Below, piece by piece: positions 25,752 to 36,427 of a stretch of 55,221 bases of DNA. The stretch's first letter is position 1, and each line of letters starts with the position of its first letter. Made by a program: the position numbers and the translations under genes. This DNA comes from an uncultured Candidatus Saccharibacteria bacterium. Lineage in GTDB: Bacteria; Patescibacteriota; Minisyncoccia; UBA6257; GWB1-50-10. Below the pieces are notes generated by a model. That model was not told where the DNA came from, made no database searches, and saw nothing but the letters and a program-made list of their open reading frames with translations. The stretch is taken from assembly GCA_964356375.1 (NCBI GenBank), contig CAYHGT010000005.1:1-55221 (forward strand). Reading direction: 5' to 3'.

Positions 25752-26956
25752 ATTTCTGTTTTGCAAAGTCGTGGTCTCGAATCGAAGAGGGTGCAAGCTT
25801 TTTTGATGTAGCCAAAATTATAGCCGTGCGTATTTGGTTAAGTTTTTTAAATTTTATTCTTCTTGCTGTTAAAACAATTTTATTTTTCGGGAAGTCAACA
25901 AATCCACGGAAAATAATTATTTATAAATTGGGTAACATAGGGGACATTATTTGTGCGATGCCCGCATTGCGCACGATAAGGGAAAATTATCCAAAAAGTC
26001 ACATAATTTTGCTCACATCGCCGGGGAAGCGGGGGGCGATTGGAGCAAAAGATTTTTTGGCTGGCGCGCCATATTTTGATGAGATAAGAAGTTACTACGC
26101 CGAAGATGTGGATAGTTTTTCAAAAATTAACGCTTTTATTTTTGCGCTGCGAAAAGAAAACTGCGATTTATTTATACAGTTGCCGGACGATTGGGCAAAT
26201 TTTAGAGTATTATTTCGCAACTTACTTTTTGCTCGCTGTATCGGTGCGCGGTCTGCATTCGGGTTTTATATTAGAACATCCGACATGTTTAAAAAAACTC
26301 AAGTTGATTTTACTTTGAGAGACACTGAATCCGTTGCGCTTTTGAAAATACTTGATAAAAACGGGATAATTTCTGAGGAAGTAAAATTTGAATTTCCAAA
26401 GACCATTTTTATGGAATTTGGTGGTGATTTGAAAATAATGGATCTAAAAAAGAGCAATGATATAATTGTTGGGGTGTGTATGGGTGGAAAAACAGAAGAT
26501 AAAAGATGGCCCGCAGAGAGATTTGGTGAGGTACTTACGCAATTGAGGAGTGAGCATAAAATAGCAGCAGTTTTTTTTGGTGGCCAATCGGAAATCGGCT
26601 TGATAGAAGATACGGCAAAAAGGTGTGGAATCCGGTATATAAATTTTGCGGGGCGTCCGATAAAGGAAAGCATTGCTGCGGTAAAACAAGTAGACATGTT
26701 TTTGACGAACGACACAGGCCCCATGCATATCGCGGCCGCATTCGGAATTCCGATAGTGGCATTATTCAGTATCAGGACCGTTTTGGGTGGGTGGTTTCCT
26801 TACGGTGAACGCAACATTTGTCTTTACAAAAGGCATTTGGCCTGTGACTATTCAAAGGAAGGCTGCATAAAGCAAGGTATGCGTGCGATATCGGCAAATG
26901 AAGTGGTTGCCGCATGCGAGGAAGTGATTAGGCATTCCAATCGGGTTCGAGGATAG
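25748..26956 (+). CDS. Glycosyltransferase family 9 (heptosyltransferase-like)
   Basis: IGD motif, KRWP.E.F, NDTGPMHIAAAFG.P.VALF. Confidence 0.9.
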   Translation: MNFCFAKSWSRIEEGASFFDVAKIIAVRIWLSFLNFILLAVKTILFFGKSTNPRKIIIYKLGNIGDIICAMPALRTIRENYPKSHIILLTSPGKRGAIGAKDFLAGAPYFDEIRSYYAEDVDSFSKINAFIFALRKENCDLFIQLPDDWANFRVLFRNLLFARCIGARSAFGFYIRTSDMFKKTQVDFTLRDTESVALLKILDKNGIISEEVKFEFPKTIFMEFGGDLKIMDLKKSNDIIVGVCMGGKTEDKRWPAERFGEVLTQLRSEHKIAAVFFGGQSEIGLIEDTAKRCGIRYINFAGRPIKESIAAVKQVDMFLTNDTGPMHIAAAFGIPIVALFSIRTVLGGWFPYGERNICLYKRHLACDYSKEGCIKQGMRAISANEVVAACEEVIRHSNRVRG

Positions 26957-26988
26957 CAACTTTAAATAAAGTTAATACCAACAAACAG

Positions 26989-28164
26989 ATGAAGAAAATT
27001 ATAGTTTTGACTTCGCACCCAATTCAATACCAAGCACCATTATTCAAGTTATTAGCCAAGGATTCGAATCTGGATTTTGGTGCGTGGTTTTGTTGGGACA
27101 GGGGAACGAAAGATGAGGAATTTGGAGTTAGCGTGCAATGGGATATCCCATTGCTTGAAGGATATAGCAATGTGTTTTTAAAAAATTATTCTTTGGTTCC
27201 AAGTAGCGGTTTTTTTGGGCAATTTAATCCCGGAGTAATTTCTAAAATCATCAGAGTTCATCCGGATCTACTTATTTTGTTTGGTTGGAATTCTTTCACT
27301 AATTGGATGGCATTTGTAACCGCGAAAATTTTGAATATTCCTGTTGCCGTGCGCGGGGAGAGTCCTCTGAAGCAGGAATTTTTAAAACCGAGATGGAAGA
27401 TTTTTTTGAAGAAATTACTCTTACCCGCCTTTTTTTCTGCGATGAGCGCAATTTTTTATATTGGCATGGAGAATCGCAAATTTTATGAATATTATGGAGT
27501 GCTGCACCAAAAGTTGTTTTTTACTCCATACGCCGTGGACAATGCTTTCTTTACGCAAAATGCAAGAGAATTAAGGGTGAGACGGAAAGAGTTGAGGGCC
27601 GCCCTCGGGTTTAGAGAGTCGGATTGTGTTTTACTTTTTGTGGGTAAGCTTATACCTAAAAAAAATCCAGGTGATCTATTGGACGCCTATAAACAGCTTG
27701 CGCCAAAAAATCCCAACCTGAAATTGGTTTTTGTGGGTGATGGTTCTTTGCGCGAGGCGCTTGAGAAGTCAGCGGCCGAGCTTCATGGCGTGAAATTCGT
27801 CGGTTTCAAAAATCAGACAGAGGTTCCATCATTTTATTCGCTGGCCGATATTTTGACATTACCTTCGGGTCTTGGGGAAACGTGGGGCTTGGTTGTAAAT
27901 GAGGCAATGTGTTTTGGTTTGCCAATTATTGCATCCGATGTGATTGGATGCGGAGGCGATCTAATTATAGAGGGCTCGAATGGATTTATTTTTCCAGCTG
28001 GCGATGTGCAAAAACTGACCGAAGCCATTTCGTTTTTCTTGATGCACCCAGAGAAAAAAGAAGCATTTAGCGATAAATCTTGCGAGATAATTAAAAGGTA
28101 TAGCCTCGATGAGTGCGTGGCAGGAATTCAAGCTGGGCTCTGGTCATTATCGCGCGGCAATTAA
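26989..28164 (+). CDS. Glycosyltransferase family 4
   Basis: LFVGKLIPKK, ETWGLVVNEAMCFGLP. Confidence 0.9.
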   Translation: MKKIIVLTSHPIQYQAPLFKLLAKDSNLDFGAWFCWDRGTKDEEFGVSVQWDIPLLEGYSNVFLKNYSLVPSSGFFGQFNPGVISKIIRVHPDLLILFGWNSFTNWMAFVTAKILNIPVAVRGESPLKQEFLKPRWKIFLKKLLLPAFFSAMSAIFYIGMENRKFYEYYGVLHQKLFFTPYAVDNAFFTQNARELRVRRKELRAALGFRESDCVLLFVGKLIPKKNPGDLLDAYKQLAPKNPNLKLVFVGDGSLREALEKSAAELHGVKFVGFKNQTEVPSFYSLADILTLPSGLGETWGLVVNEAMCFGLPIIASDVIGCGGDLIIEGSNGFIFPAGDVQKLTEAISFFLMHPEKKEAFSDKSCEIIKRYSLDECVAGIQAGLWSLSRGN

Positions 28165-29660
28165 AATGGTTCGGCGGGTGGCTCGGAAAGACCGAATCGA
28201 GTCACTGCCTTCCTCGCAATTACGAGCACCTCTTTTATGGTTGGTTCTTTTAAAATATAAAGTAAGAAAAAGTATAGCGCGCCAGAGATGACCACATTAA
28301 AAAGTACGTGGAGTCCGAATTTATTGAGCACAAAACTTGCAAAACCCATTATCGCAACCGAGATTCCGATGTGTTTTAGATAGCGTAATGTGTGAAAATT
28401 GTTGGTTTTTTTGACTATCATCCAACCGGCAAAAACAGAAATGGTTTGTGCGATGCCCGTAGCGATGGATGCCCCCGCAATCCCAAAGTGGGGAATGAGA
28501 AGTAAATTAAGCAAAATATTTGCGAGGTTCGCCAAAAAAATGTATTTAACAACACTTTTTTGTTTGTTATATGCCAAAATAAGATTCGCAATTAATGCAG
28601 ACGGGAAAAAGATTGCAGTTGCTACAAAAATTTGAAAGACAATCGCTGCCGGCGCGTATGTGGGGCCGTATAGGAGAACTATTATTGGTTTTGCGAGAAT
28701 CACCCCGCCGATTGCGATGGGGGCGCTTAGGAGCAAGAGGATTGTGACGCCCTTCTCGGTTATATATCTTACTTCTTCGTTTCTTTTTTGCCCGACCAAT
28801 TTGGAAATCGTTGGAAAAAATGCACTTGCTAATATTCCTGGCAAAGTATTGAGCGTTTGAAATATTTTTTGTGCGGAAGAATAAAGGCCTATTTCTTGTG
28901 AGGTGCGCAACCATCCAAGGAACAATATGTCTGTGTTAACCATAAAAATACCCGCGAGAACGACCAGTGCTATCGGCATGGCAGCATCTATGATGGGGCG
29001 GACCAATTCCATTCTGAAGTGCGAGAATATTTTAGCAAATTCTTTTCTTAATATGATAATCGAGATGAGCGTTCCTATGCCGGCACTACCAACATACGCC
29101 AAAACGAACGCTTTTACCGTGGGAGAATAAAAAAGTGCGATAAATCCTATCACGGTTATTGTGATATTAGTGAGAATTATTATGAGAGCCTCGAGTTCCA
29201 TTTTTTCTGCGGCGCGTACGAACGCGATAGTGAGCTCCCTTACGCCATCAAAAATGGAAAGAAAGACGACAATGGGGATTAGCGTTAGCGCGGCCTCAAT
29301 TTTTGAGAAGTGGGGAGCCAGAGAAATCACCAAAATGCTTGTGAGTGTCAGTAAAATAAGTTTTATCCAAAATGCTGTCGCAAAATAGTCAGAACGCTTT
29401 TCCTGGTTTTGCGCAGCCTCTCTCGTGAGTATACTGTTGATGCCAACGTCGGCGAAAATAGAAAAAAATCCAACAAGTCCCAATGCATATGAAAACACAC
29501 CATATTCTCCCGCCCCAAGGATGCGGGCGGCGTAGATGATTATTGCCGCTCGGATAAACCTACTTGCCACCTGGGCAAAAGTGAGCCAAAAAAAGTTTTT
29601 GACAATCGTTTGTTTTGTGCTTTTATTTTGTAACAAAAGTGTCCTCAATTTCGTAAACAT
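28161..29660 (-). CDS. Wzx-type flippase / polysaccharide biosynthesis transporter
   Basis: 'IVKNFFWL', 'ARILGAGEYG', 'DILFLG...IGLYS', 'LIPHFGIAGASIAT'; 12 or more TMs. Confidence 0.9.
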   Translation of the reverse strand: MFTKLRTLLLQNKSTKQTIVKNFFWLTFAQVASRFIRAAIIIYAARILGAGEYGVFSYALGLVGFFSIFADVGINSILTREAAQNQEKRSDYFATAFWIKLILLTLTSILVISLAPHFSKIEAALTLIPIVVFLSIFDGVRELTIAFVRAAEKMELEALIIILTNITITVIGFIALFYSPTVKAFVLAYVGSAGIGTLISIIILRKEFAKIFSHFRMELVRPIIDAAMPIALVVLAGIFMVNTDILFLGWLRTSQEIGLYSSAQKIFQTLNTLPGILASAFFPTISKLVGQKRNEEVRYITEKGVTILLLLSAPIAIGGVILAKPIIVLLYGPTYAPAAIVFQIFVATAIFFPSALIANLILAYNKQKSVVKYIFLANLANILLNLLLIPHFGIAGASIATGIAQTISVFAGWMIVKKTNNFHTLRYLKHIGISVAIMGFASFVLNKFGLHVLFNVVISGALYFFLLYILKEPTIKEVLVIARKAVTRFGLSEPPAEPF

Positions 29661-29794
29661 TCGTGTGTATATACTAGCATTGTTTTGACCACAAAAAAAC
29701 CGCGCGCCACCTTTATTTTGGCGTGCCTTTTTGAGAATACTTTATTGACACGCCTAAATTTGTTTGAGATGATTAGGGAAACTCATTTATTATT

Positions 29795-31036
29795 ATGAAT
29801 AACTACATGGAAAAGATTTCTGTTTGTCGAGTATGCGGAGATTCGCGGATTCGTTCATTTTTTGATCTTGGGCTCCAACCACTCGCAAATTCACTTTTGG
29901 AACGGGTTGATGATCGCGAGGAGGCGTACCCACTTTCTTTGTGTTGGTGTGAAAATTGTAATTTAGTTCAGCTTGAATTTACCGTAGATCCAAAAATACT
30001 TTTCTCAAAGTATGTGTGGGTCACCGGAACCTCTGGGGTCGCGCAAGATTTTTCTAAACGATTTTATGAAGGGCTGATACAACGTACAGAAAATTCTAAA
30101 TCCGGATACGTGTTAGAAATTGCCTCGAATGACGGCACATTTCTCAAGCCGTTCTTGGGGAACGGTTATGATGTTCTCGGAGTTGATCCGGCTGAGAATA
30201 TAGTGCTGATGGCGGAGAAGGATGGAGTTCCAACAAGATGCGCGTTTTGGAGCCACGCAACCGCGGAAGACGTGGTACGTGAGCGCGGGAAGGCAAAGAT
30301 GATTTTTGCTCGCAATGTGTTGCCGCATGTGGCGAACACCCGTGATTTTGTGGACGGACTCCGTGAGGCATTGTCAGATGATGGCACGTTGGCTATTGAG
30401 GCGCATCATGCAAAAATAATCTTGGAAGGATTGCACTACGACTCTATTTATCACGAGCATCTTTGTTATTTCACCTTCAAAAGTCTCGAGAACCTTTTAA
30501 ACGACTTCGGTTTGTTTGTGTTTGATATTGCTGAAAGCCCAATTAGCGGGGGTTCTATGATTGTGTATGCGACAAAGACCAAAAAAGAAGAGAGTGCCGC
30601 CGTCCATCAGTATAGAAAAACTGAAGAGGCGGGCGCGACAAACACTCTTGATGCATGGAAATCTTTCGCGGAAAAATCGTTCGTGCATAAAGACCAATTT
30701 TTGAAAATATTAAATTCATACGCCGAGAAAGGGGAGGTGGTATACGGATGGGGAGCCTCGGCGCGCAGTTCCACGATGCTGAATTTTTGCGGCATCGGAG
30801 CAAAGCTGGTCAAGGAGATAGTAGACATGAACCCTCTTAAGCATGGCCGTTTTACCGCGGGAACGCGCATCCCCATTCTTTCGGCAGAAGAAGTTATGAA
30901 AGAGGGTCCAAAGCATATATGTATTCTCGCGTGGAATTTTACCGATGAGATTAAAAGCGTTTTGAAGAGCCGATTTGATTATGGCGGAGATTATATCATT
31001 CCTTTGCCTGGCGTGCCGCGAGTGGATCAAAGCTAG
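29795..31036 (+). CDS. NDP-sugar C-methyltransferase family
   Basis: CxxC...DLG.QPLAN...CxxC.LVQL, EIASNDG, YDSIYHEH, WGASA, ILAWNF. Confidence 0.88.
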   Translation: MNNYMEKISVCRVCGDSRIRSFFDLGLQPLANSLLERVDDREEAYPLSLCWCENCNLVQLEFTVDPKILFSKYVWVTGTSGVAQDFSKRFYEGLIQRTENSKSGYVLEIASNDGTFLKPFLGNGYDVLGVDPAENIVLMAEKDGVPTRCAFWSHATAEDVVRERGKAKMIFARNVLPHVANTRDFVDGLREALSDDGTLAIEAHHAKIILEGLHYDSIYHEHLCYFTFKSLENLLNDFGLFVFDIAESPISGGSMIVYATKTKKEESAAVHQYRKTEEAGATNTLDAWKSFAEKSFVHKDQFLKILNSYAEKGEVVYGWGASARSSTMLNFCGIGAKLVKEIVDMNPLKHGRFTAGTRIPILSAEEVMKEGPKHICILAWNFTDEIKSVLKSRFDYGGDYIIPLPGVPRVDQS

Positions 31037-31039
31037 TAC

Positions 31040-31591
31040 ATGCAATTTCAAAAAACAAATATAGATGGCGTCTGGATTATTGATATGAGTCCATTTCGGG
31101 ATGAGCGTGGGTTTTTTACGCGCATTTTTTGTGCGGACGAATTTGTCAAACATAGCATATCATTTAATATCGTTCAGGCGAATCGCTCATTTACTAAAGA
31201 GAAGGGCGTTATTCGCGGATTGCATTTTCAGCTTCCGCCAAAGACAGAAGACAAATTAGTTCAATGCATCAGTGGCTCCTTTTTTCAGGTTGTGGTTGAT
31301 TTGCGCCAAAACTCATCCACGCGCGGTAAGTGGGTTTCTGTGGAGCTTTCGGAAACAAACCAAAAAGCAATTTTTGTTCCAAAGGGGTGTGCTACAGGCA
31401 TTCAAACACTTTCTGAAAATTGTGGATTACTTTATTTTATGTCCGAATTTTATTCTGCAGAGCACACAAGTGGTGCCAGATACGATGACCCCAAATTCGG
31501 TATCCAATGGCCGCTTTTGCCACCCACACTTGTCTCTGATAAGGATAAGGCATGGCCGCTTATTGAAGATTCTGGCTGGCCAAAGCTTTAA
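31040..31591 (+). CDS. rfbC: dTDP-4-dehydrorhamnose 3,5-epimerase family
   Basis: DERGFF, GVIRGLHFQ, VDLR..S.T.GKW, FGIQWP. Confidence 0.88.
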   Translation: MQFQKTNIDGVWIIDMSPFRDERGFFTRIFCADEFVKHSISFNIVQANRSFTKEKGVIRGLHFQLPPKTEDKLVQCISGSFFQVVVDLRQNSSTRGKWVSVELSETNQKAIFVPKGCATGIQTLSENCGLLYFMSEFYSAEHTSGARYDDPKFGIQWPLLPPTLVSDKDKAWPLIEDSGWPKL

Positions 31592-31642
31592 TTTTTCGCA
31601 ATAGTTCTTGCGTTTTTGTATATCCCCATGTAAAGTTATTAG

Positions 31643-32674
31643 GTGATTATTGTGAGAGCGCCGATGCGAATCAGTTTCGTGGGCGGTGGCACCGACCTGC
31701 GGTCATTTTACAGCCGATATCCAGGACGGGTTATTTCGACTACCATAGATAAGTATGTGTATGTAACCCTGAACCGCCCCCCGCTCAATAAAAAAATTTC
31801 AGTGCGATACTCCACTAATGAGGAGGTAGATCATCTCTCGAAACTTAAGAACGATCGTTTCCGCGAGGCTCTTACTGATCTCGGTTTTCATAGTGGTATT
31901 GAGTTGGCAACATTTACCGATGTGTCGGTAAACGCGGGACTCGGTTCTTCTTCCAGCTTTTCCGTTGGTCTTATGAAGGCGCTTCATTTAGCGAAGGGGA
32001 GAAAACTTGATCCGAGAGAGACGGCAGAAGAAGCATCTCGGCTGGAGATTGAATTGGTCGGAGAGCCGATAGGTAAGCAAGACCAGTACGCGTCTGCACA
32101 TGGCGGACTCAATGTTTTTCAATTTAATAAGGACGAGTCGGTTGATGTGTTTCCAGTACATTTGGATTACAAGAGGCGGTATGACTTTGAAAACCACACA
32201 CTCCTTTTCTTTACCGGGATGAGGCGCTTGGCATCAAGCGTGTTAATCGAGCAAAACGCAAATGCGGAAAAAAATTTTGAAACATTAAAGCGAATGGCCG
32301 ATTCAGTTCCGGAGTTTGAGGCCCGATTAACGAGGGGGGATTTTAAAGGAATGGGAGAAATGTTGCATGAGGGTTGGCTAATGAAGCGAACGCTTGCCTC
32401 CAATCTTTCAAACGCAATAATAGACGACCTATATGCCACTGGAATGAAAAATGGTGTATGGGGTGGAAAAATATTGGGTGCCGGTGGCGGCGGCTGTATC
32501 ATGTTCCTCGCTCCTTTGGAAAAGAAAGAAGCCATTCGATGTGCGATGGCCAAAACAGCAAAAAAACACTCTCTCGAAGATTTCAGCGAAATTCCAGTGC
32601 ATTTTGTGCAGTCTGGAGTTGAGGTAATTGCAAACAACGAACGTGTTATAAAAACCACACCATCTGTACAATGA
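31643..32674 (+). CDS. hddA: GHMP kinase, heptose-7-phosphate kinase (HddA-like)
   Basis: RAPMRISFVGGGTD, GLGSSS, GKQDQY, GGKILGAGGGG. Confidence 0.85.
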   Translation: MIIVRAPMRISFVGGGTDLRSFYSRYPGRVISTTIDKYVYVTLNRPPLNKKISVRYSTNEEVDHLSKLKNDRFREALTDLGFHSGIELATFTDVSVNAGLGSSSSFSVGLMKALHLAKGRKLDPRETAEEASRLEIELVGEPIGKQDQYASAHGGLNVFQFNKDESVDVFPVHLDYKRRYDFENHTLLFFTGMRRLASSVLIEQNANAEKNFETLKRMADSVPEFEARLTRGDFKGMGEMLHEGWLMKRTLASNLSNAIIDDLYATGMKNGVWGGKILGAGGGGCIMFLAPLEKKEAIRCAMAKTAKKHSLEDFSEIPVHFVQSGVEVIANNERVIKTTPSVQ

Positions 32675-33273
32675 ATGAATTTATAGAAAAGTTTTCCGAA
32701 GAACTTATTGCGGCAATCAAAAAGTTGCCTAAAGAAGAGATTGCGAAGGCGATAGATATTCTTCAGGCAACACACGAGCGAGATGGGAGGATTTATATAT
32801 TTGGTAATGGCGGATCGCTCGCGCTCGCGACTCATTGGGTGAGCGATTTTAATAAAACAGTCTTTAGTCATTATTTAGACATACACCCTCGCCGTTTTCA
32901 GGCAATTCGATTGCCTTCTACGGAATCGGAGCTTACCGCGTGGGCAAACGATGTTGGCTACGAAATGGTGTTTGCCGGTCCGTTACGCAATTATATTCAG
33001 GACTCTGATGCTATTATTGCCATTTCCAGTTCGGGAAACTCTCCGAACATCATTAAGGCAGTTGAATTGGCAAAAGAACACAAAGTCCCCATAATAGGTC
33101 TCTCTGGTTTCGACGGTGGTCGACTGAATAAATTAGCGGACGCAAAGATTCTTGTCCCTACGGAAAAAGGACAGTATGAGCTTGTAGAAAGCGTCCACGG
33201 AGCAATCCTTCATTTAATGACAAAATATTTTGGTGAATATTTCGATCATTTGGCGGAATCTGGCAGAGTATAG
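32671..33273 (+). CDS. gmhA: Phosphoheptose isomerase (SIS domain)
   Basis: FGNGGS, TAWANDVGY, ISSSGNSPN, GFDGG, ESVH. Confidence 0.85.
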   Translation: MNEFIEKFSEELIAAIKKLPKEEIAKAIDILQATHERDGRIYIFGNGGSLALATHWVSDFNKTVFSHYLDIHPRRFQAIRLPSTESELTAWANDVGYEMVFAGPLRNYIQDSDAIIAISSSGNSPNIIKAVELAKEHKVPIIGLSGFDGGRLNKLADAKILVPTEKGQYELVESVHGAILHLMTKYFGEYFDHLAESGRV

Positions 33274-33290
33274 GCGGTGAAAATGTAAAA

Positions 33291-34120
33291 ATGAAAATCC
33301 CAACGCTCAATTCTTTTACTGGCAGAATCCTTAATGGTATTCAGAAATTCTTCCTGTCACCCGAATGGACAAAGAGAGTTAGGGGATTTCCCGCCAACGC
33401 GAAGTTTGTTCTCAATCCTGCATGGCGTGGCGATCTTTATTTTCTTGTTGTTGGATGCCCCGTTTCATATAAGGAGGACTTCTCATTAATAGAGGCATAG
33501 GGACCATACGATGGGGATATTTTTGACATTGGTGCAAACGTTGGCTCGTATTCTATGTATTTTTACTATGCGTTGCGCAAGAAAAATAATATAGTGTATG
33601 CGTTTGAACCAATACAAGAGCTGGCTAAGAAACTTCAGTGCACCGCACTGGCGAACGCATGTGGAATGTTTCTGCGCGTGCACTCAGTGGCGGTGAGTGA
33701 CCGCGAGGGGATGGATATTATTTTTGTGGACAAGGATATACGTAAGGATCCGGGCCAATCATCTCTTGTGGAAAGGGATGGGGCGAGCTTACCCTAACCG
33801 TTCCAGTGATGAAACTCGACACGTTTTATAAAGGGAACGGGGTTGCGTTTATGAAGATTGACGTTGAGGGTAATGAGGAAAAGGTTTTGCGAGGCGCAAA
33901 AGAAATTTTAGAAAAATATCACCCAAAGATATTTTTTGAAGTTAACAAAAAAACATTTGGAGATTATTCCAGAGCATACGAGGTCTATAATGATCTCCTT
34001 TCTCCATTTGGATATAAACTATTTTTTGCGAAAAACGGGACACTCCCTCCTATTAAGGATGAGCTTGCGCGAGACGATGTTCGCGCGATGTCATCGCAGA
34101 ATTGGTTCGCAAAAGTGTAA
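33291..34120 (+). pseudogene. Disrupted FkbM-family methyltransferase
   Basis: In-frame TAG at 33498-33500 before DIGANVG, then AFEP; a frameshift near 33775-33795 precedes 'VPVMKLD...MKIDVEGNE.KVLRGA'. Confidence 0.85.
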
Positions 34121-34201
34121 CGTTGATTTTTAAATCTGGAGCTGCAAATTCTTGCCAAGTGGCATAATTTGGGGTACACTTCATATATTAATCACGAACA
34201 T

Positions 34202-35236
34202 ATGAAAATTCTTGTTACGGGAAATAAGGGATACATTGGATCGGTTCTTACGGGTTTATTACGCGCGAAAGGATATGAGGTTGTCGGATATGATACTTGT
34301 TATTACGACGACTGCGCCATGTATCCCGTTGCTTCACTTGCAACGCAGATTCGCAAAGATGTGCGTGACGCGGTGGCCGCGGATTTTGAAGGTGTTGACG
34401 CGGTAATTCATCTGGCGGCGCTTTCAAACGACCCCTTGGGGGAGTTAAGGCCTGGCCTCACGGAAGAAATTAATTTCAAGGGCACGCTGAATGTGGCTCA
34501 ATTAGCAAAAGACGCGGGAGTAAAAAGGTTTATATACGCTTCTTCCCAGAGTATGTACGGAGTCGCGGATACAAGTCACGAACTTACCGAAGATGAGGCG
34601 GGTCCACATGGCACGACTGTGTATGCCAAAACTAAATGGGACGCGGAATGTGCGCTCAAAAAAATGGGGAACGATCATTTTGCGGTGGTATGCTTTAGAC
34701 CATCAACCGTTTTTGGGGCAAGTCCGTTTTTGCGGTGTGACATTGTGTTTAATAATTTGGTGGCATGCGCATATACTACAAAAAAAATAGAAGTTAAGAG
34801 CGATGGCACTCCATGGAGGCCAGTAGTTCATGTAAGAGATGTTTCTGCCGCATTTATTGCTGGCATTGAGGCTCCGCTTGCGTTGGTGGCAGGACAATCG
34901 TTCAATGTTGGAATCCCAAATGGTAATTATACCGTGAAAGATCTGGCGGAGGCAGCGCAACGGGCGGTGCCCGGTAGCGTTCTTACTTTTACGGGCGAGC
35001 ACGGTTCAGACTTCAGGACATACAGGGTTTCTTTCCAAAAAATTCTTACGGTGCTTAAGGATTATTTCAAGCCGGAATGGAACTTGGACAAGGGCGGAAG
35101 GGAGCTCGTGGAACTATTTGATAAAGTAAAATTTACGGAGGAACAATTCAGGGGAAGAAAGTGCAACCGTTTGAAGGAAATTCAATATCTTCTGGAAGAA
35201 AGGAAGTTGGGGGATAATCTGAAATGGACCCAATAG
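34202..35236 (+). CDS. NAD-dependent epimerase/dehydratase
   Basis: GNKGYIGS, HLAALSNDP, YAKTK, SDGTPWRP. Confidence 0.9.
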   Translation: MKILVTGNKGYIGSVLTGLLRAKGYEVVGYDTCYYDDCAMYPVASLATQIRKDVRDAVAADFEGVDAVIHLAALSNDPLGELRPGLTEEINFKGTLNVAQLAKDAGVKRFIYASSQSMYGVADTSHELTEDEAGPHGTTVYAKTKWDAECALKKMGNDHFAVVCFRPSTVFGASPFLRCDIVFNNLVACAYTTKKIEVKSDGTPWRPVVHVRDVSAAFIAGIEAPLALVAGQSFNVGIPNGNYTVKDLAEAAQRAVPGSVLTFTGEHGSDFRTYRVSFQKILTVLKDYFKPEWNLDKGGRELVELFDKVKFTEEQFRGRKCNRLKEIQYLLEERKLGDNLKWTQ

Positions 35237-36420
35237 AGGCGCGAATTAAACAAGCGGTAATTTTGGCGGGCGGCCGGGGCGAACGCCTTCGTCCGTTTAC
35301 TGATAATCTTCCGAAACCGATGGTTCCAATAAACGGCAAGCCATTTCTTGAATATCTTGTGGGGCTTTTGCGGGAGAATGGTATAAAAGAAATCGTGATG
35401 CTGTTGGGTTATCTGCCGGAAAAAATTACTGACTATTTTGGCGATGGTTCAAAATTTGGAGTGAGTATTCGATATTCTATCGGAGCCGCCGATGATGAGA
35501 CTGGAACGAGGATAAGGAATGCCGCCCCATTTTTGGATGATGAATTTCTCTTGATGTATTGTGATAATTATTGGCCTTTGAATCTAAAAACATTGGAGGA
35601 ATTTTCTGACTCCCATCCGGGACTTCTTACTGTGACCGTCTACGGCAATAAGAAGGGGATAACAAATAACAATATGTTTGTCGATGAGGACGGGTATATT
35701 ACGGTTTACGACAAAAGCCGCACTAATAGGAACGTGAACGGCGTAGATGCGGGGTATTTCATTGCAAAGAAAGAGATATTAAATTTAATGCCCGCCGACA
35801 ACTTTTCGTTTGAAAAAGTTGTTTTCCCCGCGCTTATCGAAAAAAAGCAATTCGCTGGATATCTGACCGATCAAAGGTATTACAGCATTGGCTCTATTGA
35901 TAGATTGCCTACGACCGAAAAATTTCTCGGTTTTCAGAAGGTAGTTTTTCTTGACCGCGATGGAGTGATAAATAAAAGACCACCGAAAGCGGATTATGTA
36001 AAAAATTGGCGGGAATTTGAGTTTCTGCCCGGCGCAATTGAGGCGATAAAGCTGCTTAATGATAATCATTACCGGGTTTATGTGATTTCCAACCAGCCGG
36101 GCATCGCCCGAGGCGTGATGACCAAAAATGACCTAGACGCAATTAATAGCAATTTCGAAGCTGAATTAAGTAAGCACGGCGCGAAAGTCGACGATATCTA
36201 CATGTGTTTTCATGGATGGGATGAAGGATGCGACTGCCGCAAGCCGAAGCCGGGATTGTTTTTTGATGCGTCGTTTGACCACGAGATCGATTTAAGAAAA
36301 GCCGTTTATATAGGAGACGACGAGCGTGATGATGCCGCGGGGAAGGCCGCCGATTGCCAGACAATTTTAATTGAATCGGATGGCAGTCTTTTGGATGCAG
36401 TGAAGTCCCTGATAAAATAA
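35224..36420 (+). CDS. Fused sugar-phosphate nucleotidyltransferase (HddC-like) and heptose-bisphosphate phosphatase (GmhB-like)
   Basis: LAGGRGERL.P.T...PKPM N-domain; FLDRDGVIN, SNQPG, C.H....CDCRKPKPG, IGD C-domain. Confidence 0.9.
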   Translation: MDPIEARIKQAVILAGGRGERLRPFTDNLPKPMVPINGKPFLEYLVGLLRENGIKEIVMLLGYLPEKITDYFGDGSKFGVSIRYSIGAADDETGTRIRNAAPFLDDEFLLMYCDNYWPLNLKTLEEFSDSHPGLLTVTVYGNKKGITNNNMFVDEDGYITVYDKSRTNRNVNGVDAGYFIAKKEILNLMPADNFSFEKVVFPALIEKKQFAGYLTDQRYYSIGSIDRLPTTEKFLGFQKVVFLDRDGVINKRPPKADYVKNWREFEFLPGAIEAIKLLNDNHYRVYVISNQPGIARGVMTKNDLDAINSNFEAELSKHGAKVDDIYMCFHGWDEGCDCRKPKPGLFFDASFDHEIDLRKAVYIGDDERDDAAGKAADCQTILIESDGSLLDAVKSLIK

Positions 36421-36427
36421 TAAAACA

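Noticed and set aside
33498..33500. Stop-codon recoding (TAG read-through or alternative code)
   Set aside because: The same gene also has a frameshift, and TAG and TGA end full-length genes elsewhere in the window, consistent with code 11.
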